Shown here: positions 27,653 to 37,604 of the stretch, piece after piece
Position numbering within the stretch: the stretch's first letter is position 1
Layout: every line of letters starts with the position of its first letter
Origin: an uncultured Haloferula sp.
Lineage (GTDB): Bacteria > Verrucomicrobiota > Verrucomicrobiia > Verrucomicrobiales > Akkermansiaceae
Assembly: GCA_965652295.1 (NCBI GenBank)
Contig: CBFGTS010000002.1
Span: 308,570 to 372,569, forward strand
Length of the DNA stretch: 64,000 nucleotides
Direction: 5' to 3'
The notes under the pieces: model-generated
What the model was told of the DNA's origin: nothing
What the model saw: only the letters and a program-made list of their open reading frames with translations
The model's database searches: none
Made by a program: the position numbers and the translations under genes

Positions 27653-29530
27653 TCACCCTCCGATGTCCGCGAGGAAGGCGTCGTAGGAGGTGTAGCGATC
27701 AAGCTTCGACTCCGCCGCCTTGCAGGTTTCCGGCGCGACGATCCCGGTGGTTTCACACAGGAAAATGATATAGCGGGCGACGTTTGCCGCGAAGTTCAGC
27801 CGGCCTTCCGGACTGATCGAATAGAACCGCTCGCGCTGCCGGTAGCCTGCCGGCGAGTGATCGCCCAAGGCCGATTTCTCCGCCCTTCCTTCCGCGGCGA
27901 GGACATAGAGGAAGTTGTATTCGAACCAGAACATCGATTCCGGGTCCGGTGCCAAGCCGCCCAGCGCTTCGCGCACACGGCCTTCGGAACCGAACAGATC
28001 CTCCGGCTTTTCCACGCCCGCGGTCTTGAAGGACTCGCTGATGAAGGTCCGCGCCATCGAACGTTCGGTCTCGCTTTCCGCAAACGCTCCGGCCACCGCG
28101 AGCTCCAGCGTGAAGGCATACCAGTCCCGCCACAGAGCCTGATCGCCGGCATCCTTCGAGGCGAAGAGTGCCCTGCCCATCTCGTAGGTGTAGCGGCCGC
28201 TGGTCTTGATTTCCAGACGTCCGCCGGTCACCTCGCCCATCACCCGGTAATTTTCCGCGGACTTCCCGGACCCTGAGTGGAAACCGATGCTGACGCCGAA
28301 GGCCCGGCACACGTCCCACTGGCGGGCGATCATCGTACGCAGCCCGCCATTGTCCGGATACGGCATGTTCTTTTGGAAACCGAAGGCGGGTGCGATGAAA
28401 TTCACCGGCATGTCCATGGCCTCACACAACGCCAGCATGATGCCCGTCGTCCCGGCGGTTGTGAGTCCCGGCAGCTCATCGATCGAGAGCTCCCGCAGAT
28501 AGCCGCAGCCGACTTCGGTGGTGAAGTGCTTTTCACGGATCGCACGGTATTTCCCATCGCGGATCTTCATCTTCTTCATCGAGGGCCACACCCGGCACAG
28601 CAGCTCGTTGAACTCCGCCTCGTTCAGCGAAAGCCCGGCCTCCGCGACCCGGGTCTTCACCTTTGCCACCAGAGCGGAGTCGATCTCCTCAGAAACGTAG
28701 GAGGCCCGGGCCTCGGCCCCTTCAGGCAACTGGGTGACCGTAAGTTCCGGTGAGAGATCGAAAGTGATGTAGGACGCCAGCAGGCAGCCTTGCACCAGCT
28801 GGTCCTCCCGCTCGTCATACCACCCACCGATCGGCTGGTGATCGGCATTGAAGCTCCAGGCGATCTTCCGGTGATGGAATCCGTTCTTCAGTTTCGCCAG
28901 CACGCAGCCGTGGCTCATGCCTTCGACACTCTGACCCTGATGCCCCTCCGGCACGTCGGTGCCGATGAAGGGAAACGGCACCTTGGCGAGCTTGTCGGCG
29001 AGCATCGCCTCCACATCGAACACCAGCTCGCGCGGGATGCTGTTCTGGTTCGCCGTCACCCCGACGCCGAGCTGCGCCATGGTCCAATCGACACCGGGCC
29101 AGTGAAGGGTCGTGAAACGCGCGCCGACGCCGATCGTCGATTCCCCCAAACGTTGATTCGCGGTGGGAAACACGGTCGCCTCCGCATCGTGTTCCTGAAT
29201 CGCGTTCTTCATTTCCAACAGGTGCTGGAAACTCGCCGGGAACGCAATGCGGCCGTCCGCCAGGGTGGTCGAATCGCCCGAAAGCGCATCAATTCCCTTT
29301 CCTCCCGCAGTCGGCGTCAGCACCCAGGCGTGATCGCCCTTGGCGTTCTCCACGATCTGCCACTCGCCATCGGCGGTCGGCACCGTGCTGCGCGGATACC
29401 CGGTGATGCCCGTGCCTTTGGCGAGGTCCGCGGCCAGCCCCTGCCAATCCAGGCAGAAGTCGGGGCTGACACAGGGGTTACTGGCAATGCGGAGGTCGTT
29501 GGCGAGGAGGAAATCGTTGATGGCGCTCAT
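27653..29530 (-). CDS. uxaE: Tagaturonate/fructuronate epimerase family protein (UxaE-like); start may instead be the TTG at 29569
   Basis: NQNSIPRE, NADH, ELSIDE, FHSGSGK and IKTSG resemble UxaE motifs; galacturonate-release context. Confidence 0.7.
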   Translation of the reverse strand: MSAINDFLLANDLRIASNPCVSPDFCLDWQGLAADLAKGTGITGYPRSTVPTADGEWQIVENAKGDHAWVLTPTAGGKGIDALSGDSTTLADGRIAFPASFQHLLEMKNAIQEHDAEATVFPTANQRLGESTIGVGARFTTLHWPGVDWTMAQLGVGVTANQNSIPRELVFDVEAMLADKLAKVPFPFIGTDVPEGHQGQSVEGMSHGCVLAKLKNGFHHRKIAWSFNADHQPIGGWYDEREDQLVQGCLLASYITFDLSPELTVTQLPEGAEARASYVSEEIDSALVAKVKTRVAEAGLSLNEAEFNELLCRVWPSMKKMKIRDGKYRAIREKHFTTEVGCGYLRELSIDELPGLTTAGTTGIMLALCEAMDMPVNFIAPAFGFQKNMPYPDNGGLRTMIARQWDVCRAFGVSIGFHSGSGKSAENYRVMGEVTGGRLEIKTSGRYTYEMGRALFASKDAGDQALWRDWYAFTLELAVAGAFAESETERSMARTFISESFKTAGVEKPEDLFGSEGRVREALGGLAPDPESMFWFEYNFLYVLAAEGRAEKSALGDHSPAGYRQRERFYSISPEGRLNFAANVARYIIFLCETTGIVAPETCKAAESKLDRYTSYDAFLADIGG

Positions 29531-29606
29531 GGCTTGCGGCAACTCTGACCACTCGAAGCTGTCCGACAAGTCCCCTGAAGCGACTAGTTTGTCCTAATCG
29601 GGAAAA

Positions 29607-32000
29607 TCAGTCTTCCGGGCGCATCAGCCTTACTTCAAAGATCCCGCCTGCGACCCATTTCGTGGCCTCGAAGCGGACCTTCAGCCCGCCGTCCTTGGCC
29701 TTCGCAAGCACCGCAGAGGGAATCGGATAGCGTCGCGTGATGAACTCGCCGGGTCTTTCCGCATCCAGCGAGACCTGTGCGATCCGCTCCTCGTTGGCGA
29801 AAATGTCAAAAGCGCGGTCGCGGTCGCCGCCCCAGTAGGTGATCGCCAGCTCGGCCTCGCCCGCGCCCTGCGTCTTGAGCGTGTATTGAAATGACTTACC
29901 ATCGCGCCAACGCCGTCCTCGGTGCTCGCCGGTGCTGCTCTCCGTCGCCTTGAATCCGTGCTCAACCTCCGGCTGCTGCTCGCCCACGGCCACCCAGTCG
30001 AGCGTCCTCTCCTCGAGTGCCTTACGCGCCTTCTCCTCTGCGGCCAGTTCCTGCTGGCGCTTCTCCAGTTCATCCTCGGGAACAAGGCTCCAATACATCT
30101 GATAGCGCTGGTCGTGCAGGCTGAAGAACGGCACCAGCGGCTGACCACCCTCCACCGGTGGACTGACCACATCGACGATCCGGAAGTGCAGCGGCTCCCC
30201 ATCTGGATCCGCCTTCACGTACTGCGGCAGCTGGTCGGCGGTGGTCACCAGCGAGGGCACCTGATCGAGCGGGACCAACGGCCCGCCCGCGATATGATCT
30301 CCCCTTCCGGTGCCGGCACGAAGACCTACGAGGTCCTTCGTACCGCAGGGTGCCGCCATCACGATCGGACCGTGCAGGATCGCGTGCCAGTCCGACCCGT
30401 CCGGAAGCGGCTCGGCGCGGGTTTTCATCGGCAGCGTCAGCTCGATGGTATCGCCGGATTTCCACTCGCGCCGCACGCTGAGATATGTGCCGGGCTCCGA
30501 TTCCCCATCGACCGCCTCGCCATTCACCTTCACCGCGAAGCCCCCGCCCGCCCAACGGGGATGCCGCAGGTGGATCGTGAATTTCTTCGGTTCGGGCAGA
30601 TCCACCGTCAATCGACTGGATTCCTCGTAGGGAAAACCGGTCTCCTGCCGGAGCGTCAGCCCCTGGGCCGAGGTCTTCAGCTCCGAGGCGATGAAGAGAT
30701 TCACGAACACGCCATCCTGAGCCCGGGCGTAGACGAACTGCCCGTATTTTCCGGGATTTTCCATGCCGCTCCCGACGCAGCACCAGAATGCCTTCTCGGG
30801 CTCCGAATAGACGCGGTAGTGAGCCGGACGAAGAGGGGTGAAATAGACATAGCCCGGGTCATGCGGATGGATGACCGAGAGGATGTGATTGAACAGCGCA
30901 CGCTCGTAGTAATCGGCGTACTCCGGCTTCGGTTCGTCCTCGAAGAGCTGCTCGGTGAGGCGCAGCATGTTGTAGGTATTGCAGCTTTCCGGGCCTTCGC
31001 GGTGTTCCAGCACCCTGCGGAAATCATGCACGTCATTGAAGTGCTCCGAAACGCTGTTTCCGCCGAAGGCGACCGAGCGGTCGCGCGTGACCGTCTGCCA
31101 GAAGAACTCGGCACCGCCGTGCGCCGCCTCATCGCCGGAGAGCGCGGCGATCCGCTGGAGGCCGATCACCTTGGGGATCTGCGTGTTGGCATGCTTCCCT
31201 GTGAGTTCATCACGCTCCGCCACGAGAGGATCGAGGATCGCGTGATGGTTGAAGCGCTTCGCCAGAGCGAGAAACTTGTCGTTTCCCGTGATGGCATGAA
31301 TGTCAGCCAGCACCTCGTTCATCCCGCCGTGCTCGGACCGGAGCATGTCCTGGAGTTGCGCGTCGGACAGGCCAGAAACGAGATCCTCCACCCATTCGCC
31401 GTAATCCACCAGCAGGGTCTTCGCCTTTTCCCGCCCCGCCATCAGGTAGGCATCGCGCAGTCCGGCAAAGGTCTTGTGAAGGTTGTACCAGGGTACCCAC
31501 TTGTCATTGAGACCGAATCCGTGGGCGTTGATTTTTCCCGCCGCGATGTCCTTCCACAGCTGCTTGCTGCCCGGCACCCCGCCCAGATAGCCATCGCCGT
31601 TCTTCTTCTGGACGCGCTCGAGTTCGTCGAGCATGTGGTCGAGCCGTTTGGCCAGCTTTCCGTCCGGCGTGTCCGCACCAGAGGCCACCATCATGGCAAG
31701 CGCCGAGAGGTAATGGCCGGCCGTGTGACCATCCAGGCCCATGCTCTCCCAGTTGTCGTAGGGCGGTTTCTCCGTCTTCAGTCCGGCCTCGCGCAGGAAC
31801 GGAGCCAGCAAGCGGTCGGGATCGTGGGCAAGAAGGTAGCTCCGGTTCGCCTCCACCGCTGCGGTGAAAGGTCCATGACCCGTGAGCCGCACCGCCGAGA
31901 GCGGGAACAGCTTCGCTTCGGCTGGCTCGGGCGGAGCCGCAGCGAGAACCTGCGTGAGGGACAGTGCGGCTAGAACGGGCAGAAAACACGATTGCTTCAT
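29607..32000 (-). CDS. GH127/GH146 beta-L-arabinofuranosidase-like protein
   Basis: GHTAGHYLSA, PWYNLHK, EHGGMNE, HANTQIPK, ESCNTYNML and WCCVGSGMEN motifs; signal peptide from the ATG at 32000. Confidence 0.9.
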   Translation of the reverse strand: MKQSCFLPVLAALSLTQVLAAAPPEPAEAKLFPLSAVRLTGHGPFTAAVEANRSYLLAHDPDRLLAPFLREAGLKTEKPPYDNWESMGLDGHTAGHYLSALAMMVASGADTPDGKLAKRLDHMLDELERVQKKNGDGYLGGVPGSKQLWKDIAAGKINAHGFGLNDKWVPWYNLHKTFAGLRDAYLMAGREKAKTLLVDYGEWVEDLVSGLSDAQLQDMLRSEHGGMNEVLADIHAITGNDKFLALAKRFNHHAILDPLVAERDELTGKHANTQIPKVIGLQRIAALSGDEAAHGGAEFFWQTVTRDRSVAFGGNSVSEHFNDVHDFRRVLEHREGPESCNTYNMLRLTEQLFEDEPKPEYADYYERALFNHILSVIHPHDPGYVYFTPLRPAHYRVYSEPEKAFWCCVGSGMENPGKYGQFVYARAQDGVFVNLFIASELKTSAQGLTLRQETGFPYEESSRLTVDLPEPKKFTIHLRHPRWAGGGFAVKVNGEAVDGESEPGTYLSVRREWKSGDTIELTLPMKTRAEPLPDGSDWHAILHGPIVMAAPCGTKDLVGLRAGTGRGDHIAGGPLVPLDQVPSLVTTADQLPQYVKADPDGEPLHFRIVDVVSPPVEGGQPLVPFFSLHDQRYQMYWSLVPEDELEKRQQELAAEEKARKALEERTLDWVAVGEQQPEVEHGFKATESSTGEHRGRRWRDGKSFQYTLKTQGAGEAELAITYWGGDRDRAFDIFANEERIAQVSLDAERPGEFITRRYPIPSAVLAKAKDGGLKVRFEATKWVAGGIFEVRLMRPED

Positions 32001-32112
32001 GATCAGGAAACGGTTCATTCGACCTCGGCTTGTCACGCCTTGCAACCGAAACCCGATCCGCGTTTGTCACCTTGCCGCTGCGGCCGATTCACCACCCGAT
32101 TCCTTCACCACC

Positions 32113-34845
32113 ATGATCCCACGAGGCAAAGCACTTCTTCTCTCGGCTGCCTTGAGTTTCCCCGGTGCTTCCGCACCAGCGCAGGACGTCAACCTCGCCC
32201 TCGTCGCAAGCCCGTCAGCCTCTGCGGTTTCCGGCGACACTTCGGTGGGATCCCTCAATGACGGCAATTCCCCCGCCAACTCGCTTGAGCGGGGAACCGG
32301 CTCCTACGGCAATTGGCCCCATACCGGAACCCAGTGGGTGCAATACGATTGGACCCAGCCGGTCAGCACCGGGCGGATCGAGGTCTACTGGTGGGACGAC
32401 CACCAGGGCGTCCGCCTGCCCGCGGCCTGCCGGGTCAAGTTCTGGGATGGCGATTCGTTCGTCGAAGTCGAAAACATCGGACACGCTTTGGTGAAGGCCG
32501 ATCAATTCAACACGCTCACCTTCAAGCCCGTCACCACCTCGAAGCTGCGCCTCGAAATGGATGGCAACGGGACCTTTTCCACCGGGATTCTGGAGTGGCG
32601 GGTCATCGACAACGGCGACTCTCCGGCATTCCCCCCGACGATCGAGGCCGGCATCGATCGTGTCGTCATGCTCGATGGAAAAACCTACCTTCTCGGCATG
32701 GCCAAGGCGCTCAAGAATGCCGGCGCGATGAAGCTGACCTGGGCCAGGCAGAGCGGCCCCGGCGAAGTGACCTTCGCCGATCCCCACGCCGCCGAGACCA
32801 CCGCGACCTTCACGCAGCTCGGCGACTACACGCTCTCGCTCACGGGCGAAATCCAGGGCATGGAATCCAGCGATTCCCTCACCGTTTCCGTCCTCTCCCC
32901 GCCCGCGGAACAACGCCTCGATGTGGTTTACACCACCCCTTATCAGATCGACAACCCGCTCTGGAACGGCCGGGCGAAGGCCCTCATCGCGAGCTGGATC
33001 CCCCACTGCATCGACGTCATCGAGGATCGTTCGCTGAACACCGGCGGCATCGACAACTTCGAGGAAGCCGCCAAGGCCCTGCGGGGTGAGCCTCATCAAG
33101 GCCACAAGGGCTACGTTTTCGCCAACGCCTGGGTCCTGCAGACCATCGAATCGATGTGCATCGCGTTGATGGTCGACGCCCGGGGAGACCGGGAAATGCT
33201 CGCCGCGCAGGAGCGCTTCCGCAAGACGTTGGAAAACTGGATTCCAACCATCATCGCCGCGCAGGAGCCCGATGGCTACCTCCAGACCGCCTACACCCTG
33301 GCCGACCGCAGCCAGTGGCCGGAACGCTGGAACCCCGCCAACCGCGAGAACCACGAAGGCTACATCGCCGGCTACTTCATCGAGTCCGCGATCAATCACT
33401 ACATGCTCACCCAAGGCAGCGACACCCGGCTCTACGACGCCGCGAAGGAGCTCGCCGATTGCTGGGTGGCGAACATCGGCCCGGAACCCGGAAAGAAGGC
33501 CTGGTACGACGAGCATCAGCAGATGGAACAGGCGCTGGTGCGCTTCGGCCGCTTCGTCAACGACATGGAAGGCGGCGGCAAGGGCGACGCCTACATCCGG
33601 CTCGCCCGGTTCCTGCTCGATCAACGCGGCGGCGGTCACGAATACGACCAGAGCCACCTGCCCGTGCAGCAGCAATACGAAGCCGTCGGCCACGCCGTAC
33701 GGGCGTCCTACACCTATTCCGGCATGGCCGACATCGCCGCGGAGACGGGCGATTCCGACTACGAAAGCGCGGTCATGTCCCTGTGGGACAACATCGTGAA
33801 TCGGAAGTACTACGTCACCGGTGGCATCGGCAGCGGCGAGACCTCCGAGGGCTTCGGGCCGGACTATTCGCTGCGCCATCACGCCTACTGTGAGTCCTGC
33901 TCCAGTGCCGGGATGATCTTTTTCCAATACAAACTCAACCTCGCCTACCACGACGCGAGATTCGTCAACCTCTACGAGGAAACGATGTACAACGCGCTGC
34001 TCGGCTCGATCGACCTCCCGGGCGAGAACTTCTACTACCAGAACCCGCTCATCACCCACAGCGCCCGTTACCCCTGGCACGGCTGTCCCTGCTGCGTCGG
34101 CAACATCCCCCGCACGCTGCTGATGGTGCCGACCTGGACCTACGTGAAGGGCGAGGAGGGCCTCTACGTGAACCTCTTCATCGGCAGCACCATCCAGGTC
34201 GGCGAAGTCGCCGGGACCGAGGTCGAAATGGTGCAGGAAACCGACTATCCGTGGGATGGAAAGATCGCGGTGACCGTCAATCCCGCCGAGAACACGAAAT
34301 TCGCCCTCAGGATCCGCGTTCCGCGGCGCGATGTCAGCGAGCTTTATTCGGCCGATCCTGAAGCCGATGGCATCCAATCGATGACTCTGAATGGCCAGCC
34401 GATCGAGCCGAAGATCGAGAAAGGCTACGCCGTGATCCTCCGCGAGTGGAAAAAGGGCGACCTCGTGGAGTTCGAGGTGCCCATGAAGCCGCAGATCGTG
34501 AAGGGCAGCGACAAGATCGCCGCCACCAAGGGCCAGGTCGCCCTCCGCTACGGCCCGCTCGTTTACTGCGTTGAACGCGCGGATCAGAACATCGCGCGCG
34601 CCATCGATACCAGCGCCCCGCTGACCATGGAGTGGAAGCCTGACCTTCTCGGCGGGGTGAAGGTGATGCGCGGCCAATGGACGGATGGCAGGGATCTACT
34701 GGCGATCCCTTACTACGCCCGCGCCAACCGCGACGGCACCAAGGGAGATGGAAGCTTCGGGGGGCCCGGAGCCACCGGCGGCGGCGACGGTGCCAGGCGG
34801 CAGGAAGGGCCCAGTTCGACGGTGTGGATCAAGGCCAAGCCCTGA
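32113..34845 (+). CDS. GH127 beta-L-arabinofuranosidase-like protein with N-terminal discoidin- and PKD-like domains
   Basis: AVGHAVRA, YYVTGGIGS, YCESCSS and CPCCVGN (zinc-binding Cys) motifs; signal peptide from the ATG at 32113. Confidence 0.88.
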   Translation: MIPRGKALLLSAALSFPGASAPAQDVNLALVASPSASAVSGDTSVGSLNDGNSPANSLERGTGSYGNWPHTGTQWVQYDWTQPVSTGRIEVYWWDDHQGVRLPAACRVKFWDGDSFVEVENIGHALVKADQFNTLTFKPVTTSKLRLEMDGNGTFSTGILEWRVIDNGDSPAFPPTIEAGIDRVVMLDGKTYLLGMAKALKNAGAMKLTWARQSGPGEVTFADPHAAETTATFTQLGDYTLSLTGEIQGMESSDSLTVSVLSPPAEQRLDVVYTTPYQIDNPLWNGRAKALIASWIPHCIDVIEDRSLNTGGIDNFEEAAKALRGEPHQGHKGYVFANAWVLQTIESMCIALMVDARGDREMLAAQERFRKTLENWIPTIIAAQEPDGYLQTAYTLADRSQWPERWNPANRENHEGYIAGYFIESAINHYMLTQGSDTRLYDAAKELADCWVANIGPEPGKKAWYDEHQQMEQALVRFGRFVNDMEGGGKGDAYIRLARFLLDQRGGGHEYDQSHLPVQQQYEAVGHAVRASYTYSGMADIAAETGDSDYESAVMSLWDNIVNRKYYVTGGIGSGETSEGFGPDYSLRHHAYCESCSSAGMIFFQYKLNLAYHDARFVNLYEETMYNALLGSIDLPGENFYYQNPLITHSARYPWHGCPCCVGNIPRTLLMVPTWTYVKGEEGLYVNLFIGSTIQVGEVAGTEVEMVQETDYPWDGKIAVTVNPAENTKFALRIRVPRRDVSELYSADPEADGIQSMTLNGQPIEPKIEKGYAVILREWKKGDLVEFEVPMKPQIVKGSDKIAATKGQVALRYGPLVYCVERADQNIARAIDTSAPLTMEWKPDLLGGVKVMRGQWTDGRDLLAIPYYARANRDGTKGDGSFGGPGATGGGDGARRQEGPSSTVWIKAKP

Positions 34846-34858
34846 ATTCCGATCTCCC

Positions 34859-37210
34859 ATGACGATGCGTTCTCCAATCCTCTTCCTACCCATCGCAATG
34901 ACGCTTTCCGTCTCTGCCCGGGAGCCCGCGGTTCCGATCGCCGCCGAGCCCCTGCCGCTCACAGCGGTCCGTCTGACCGGCGGACCTCTCAAGGAAGCCC
35001 AGGATGCGGATGCTAGATACCTGCTCCAGCTCGAGCCCGACCGCATGATGGCCGGCTATCGCATCCGCGCCGGCTTGGAGGCAAAGGCGGAAGGCTACGG
35101 CGGGTGGGACTCCGTCGAAGGCCGCCAGATCACCGGACACATCGCAGGCCACTACCTCTCCGCCGTGAGTCTGATGCATGCCGCCACCGGAGATAAAGAG
35201 TTCAAGCACCGCGCCGACGATCTGGTGGCGGAGATGAAGGAGGTGCAGGAAGCGCGCGGCACCGGCTATATCGGTGCGATCACTGATGCCACCGGCCGCG
35301 ATGGCGGTGAAATTTACGAACAGGAAATCGCCAAGGGTGATATCCGCTCGGGCGGTTTCGACCTCAATGGCATGTGGGCACCGTGGTATGTGCTGCACAA
35401 GACCTTCGCCGGTCTGCGCGATGCCTACCGCCATACCGGCAACCCCACCGCCCTCGCGCTGGAGGTCGGCTTCGCCCGCTGGGCCGAAAGCATCCTCGCG
35501 CCACTGAACGAAGCGCAGGTGCAGAAAATGCTGGAGACCGAGTTCGGCGGCATGAACGAGGTGCTGGCCGACCTTTATGAGGACACCGGCGACGACCGCT
35601 GGCTCACGCTGGCGCGGCGCTTCGAACACCACGCGATCACCGGGCCGCTCAAACACCACGTCGATATCCTCCCCGGAAAACACGGCAACGCCCAGGTGCC
35701 CAAGCTGATCGGTTCGGCGGATCTCTACGCCTATGCGGGAGCCGCCGAAGACCTGATGGCCGCCGGCTTCTTCTGGGATCGAGTGGTCCATCACCACAGC
35801 TTCGCTACCGGCGGTCATGGGAAAGACGAGTATTTCGGCCCGCCCGACGAGTTCAACGATCGGGTGGACGGCCGCACCGCCGAATCATGTAACGTTTACA
35901 ACATGCTCAAGCTCACGCGTCGCATGTTCGGCTTCCATCCCAGCGCCCGCTACGCCGCCTTTCAGGAACGTGCGCTGTTCAATCATGTGCTTGCGTCGAT
36001 CGATCCCCATAGCGGCCGGACCTGCTACATGGTTCCCGTCGGACGCGGCGTGGAAAAGGAATACGCCGACATGTTCGAGAGCTTCACCTGCTGCGTCGGC
36101 AGCGGCATGGAAAGCCACGCGCTGCACGGACTTGGCGTGTATTTCACCTCGAAGGACAAGCTGTGGGTCAACGTCTACGCGCCCACCCGGGCGACTTGGG
36201 CGGAGGCCGGGGTGACGCTGGAAACCGCCACCGATCTGCCGGAGGGAGAATCCGCCCGCATCACCCTCGGCATGGCCCGCCCGGCCACCTTCACCCTCGC
36301 CCTGCGGAAGCCGGAATGGGCGGGCGAGGGATTCGCGCTCCGTCTCAACGGCGAGGTGCCAGCGGTCACGGAAACGGCAGGCTACCTTGAGCTGAAGCGG
36401 GAGTGGAAAAACGGAGACAAGATCGAGCTGACCCTACCGAAGACCCTCCGTCTCGAACCTCTTCCCGACAATCCGGACCGGGCTGCGATCCTGTGGGGAC
36501 CGCTGGTCCTCGCCGGCGATCTGGGGCCGGAGCGCATGGAGCGAAAGCCCGGCGAGGAGCTGCAAGCCGTGCCCGTCCTTGTCGCCTCGGGACGTCCCGT
36601 TTCCGAGTGGCTCAAACCCGTGGACGGGAAACCCGGCACCTTCCGCACCGCTGGCGTCGGCCGCGAGCGCGATGTCGAGCTGCTTCCGTTCTACCGCCTC
36701 CACCATCGCACTTACGCAGTCTATTGGGACTTCTACACACCCGATGACTGGGCCGCGAAATCCGCCGAGGTCTCGGAGACACGCAAACGCCAGGCCGAGC
36801 TTGAAAAGGCGACCATCGCCTTCGTTCAACCCGGCGAAATGCAGCCCGAGCGGGATTTCCACCAGCAGGGAGAGGAAAGTTCACCGGTCCGCACCATGGG
36901 CCGGCCCGGCAGGCGCGCTTCGAAGTGGTTCTCCTTCGAGCTTCCTGTCGATGCCGGAGCCGCCATGAAACTTCTCGTCACCTACAACAGGGACGAATGG
37001 CGCGAGCGCGTGTTCTCGATCAAAATCGATGGCAGAAAGCTCGCCGACGAAACCGTCAAAGCCCGCGGACCGCAGGAATTCTACACCGTCGAATATCCCG
37101 TCCCCGCGGAGTGGTTCTCCGGAACGAAGAAGGCAACGATCAAGTTCCAGGCCGCCCCAGACAGCGAGACCGCCGCCGTTTACGGCATCCGGCTGATTCG
37201 TTCCGAGTAG
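34859..37210 (+). CDS. GH127/GH146 beta-L-arabinofuranosidase-like protein (paralog of 29607-32000)
   Basis: GHIAGHYLSA, PWYVLHK, EFGGMNE, ESCNVYNML and TCCVGSGMES motifs. Confidence 0.9.
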   Translation: MTMRSPILFLPIAMTLSVSAREPAVPIAAEPLPLTAVRLTGGPLKEAQDADARYLLQLEPDRMMAGYRIRAGLEAKAEGYGGWDSVEGRQITGHIAGHYLSAVSLMHAATGDKEFKHRADDLVAEMKEVQEARGTGYIGAITDATGRDGGEIYEQEIAKGDIRSGGFDLNGMWAPWYVLHKTFAGLRDAYRHTGNPTALALEVGFARWAESILAPLNEAQVQKMLETEFGGMNEVLADLYEDTGDDRWLTLARRFEHHAITGPLKHHVDILPGKHGNAQVPKLIGSADLYAYAGAAEDLMAAGFFWDRVVHHHSFATGGHGKDEYFGPPDEFNDRVDGRTAESCNVYNMLKLTRRMFGFHPSARYAAFQERALFNHVLASIDPHSGRTCYMVPVGRGVEKEYADMFESFTCCVGSGMESHALHGLGVYFTSKDKLWVNVYAPTRATWAEAGVTLETATDLPEGESARITLGMARPATFTLALRKPEWAGEGFALRLNGEVPAVTETAGYLELKREWKNGDKIELTLPKTLRLEPLPDNPDRAAILWGPLVLAGDLGPERMERKPGEELQAVPVLVASGRPVSEWLKPVDGKPGTFRTAGVGRERDVELLPFYRLHHRTYAVYWDFYTPDDWAAKSAEVSETRKRQAELEKATIAFVQPGEMQPERDFHQQGEESSPVRTMGRPGRRASKWFSFELPVDAGAAMKLLVTYNRDEWRERVFSIKIDGRKLADETVKARGPQEFYTVEYPVPAEWFSGTKKATIKFQAAPDSETAAVYGIRLIRSE

Positions 37211-37595
37211 CCGCTTCGCGCTTCGGAGTTCACCCAATCGTTGAATGGGGAGTGGCGGTTCAAACATCTCACCTCGCTTCAGAACGAGGATGCGGCGGGC
37301 TTCCAGCAAGTCGATCTCGACGGATCGGGCTGGGACAGCATCCGCGTGCCCGGCAACTGGGAAATGCAGGGATTCTCCGATCCGCGCTACGCGCAGTGGG
37401 ATAGCTTCCAGCGGGACATCAGGGCGAAGCACGGACTCTACCGCCGCAAGTTTGAAGTGCCTGCTTCATGGCGCGAGGGACGCCGGGTGATCCTTCGTTT
37501 CGAGGGCGTGCAGAATGGCTTCGAAGCCTGGGTGAACGGCCGGCAGATCGGCAAGTCGATCGCCAGCGCCTACAATCCCCACTCGTTCGACAGGC
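37211..37595 (+). pseudogene. Truncated GH2 beta-galactosidase N-terminal sugar-binding domain fragment
   Basis: SLNGEWRF...IRVPGNWEMQG...YRRKFEVP...LRFEGV...WVNGRQIG; similarity stops at the 3' end of the convergent gene; no ATG start, signal peptide or catalytic domain. Confidence 0.75.
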
Positions 37596-37604
37596 TGTCG
37601 CCAC

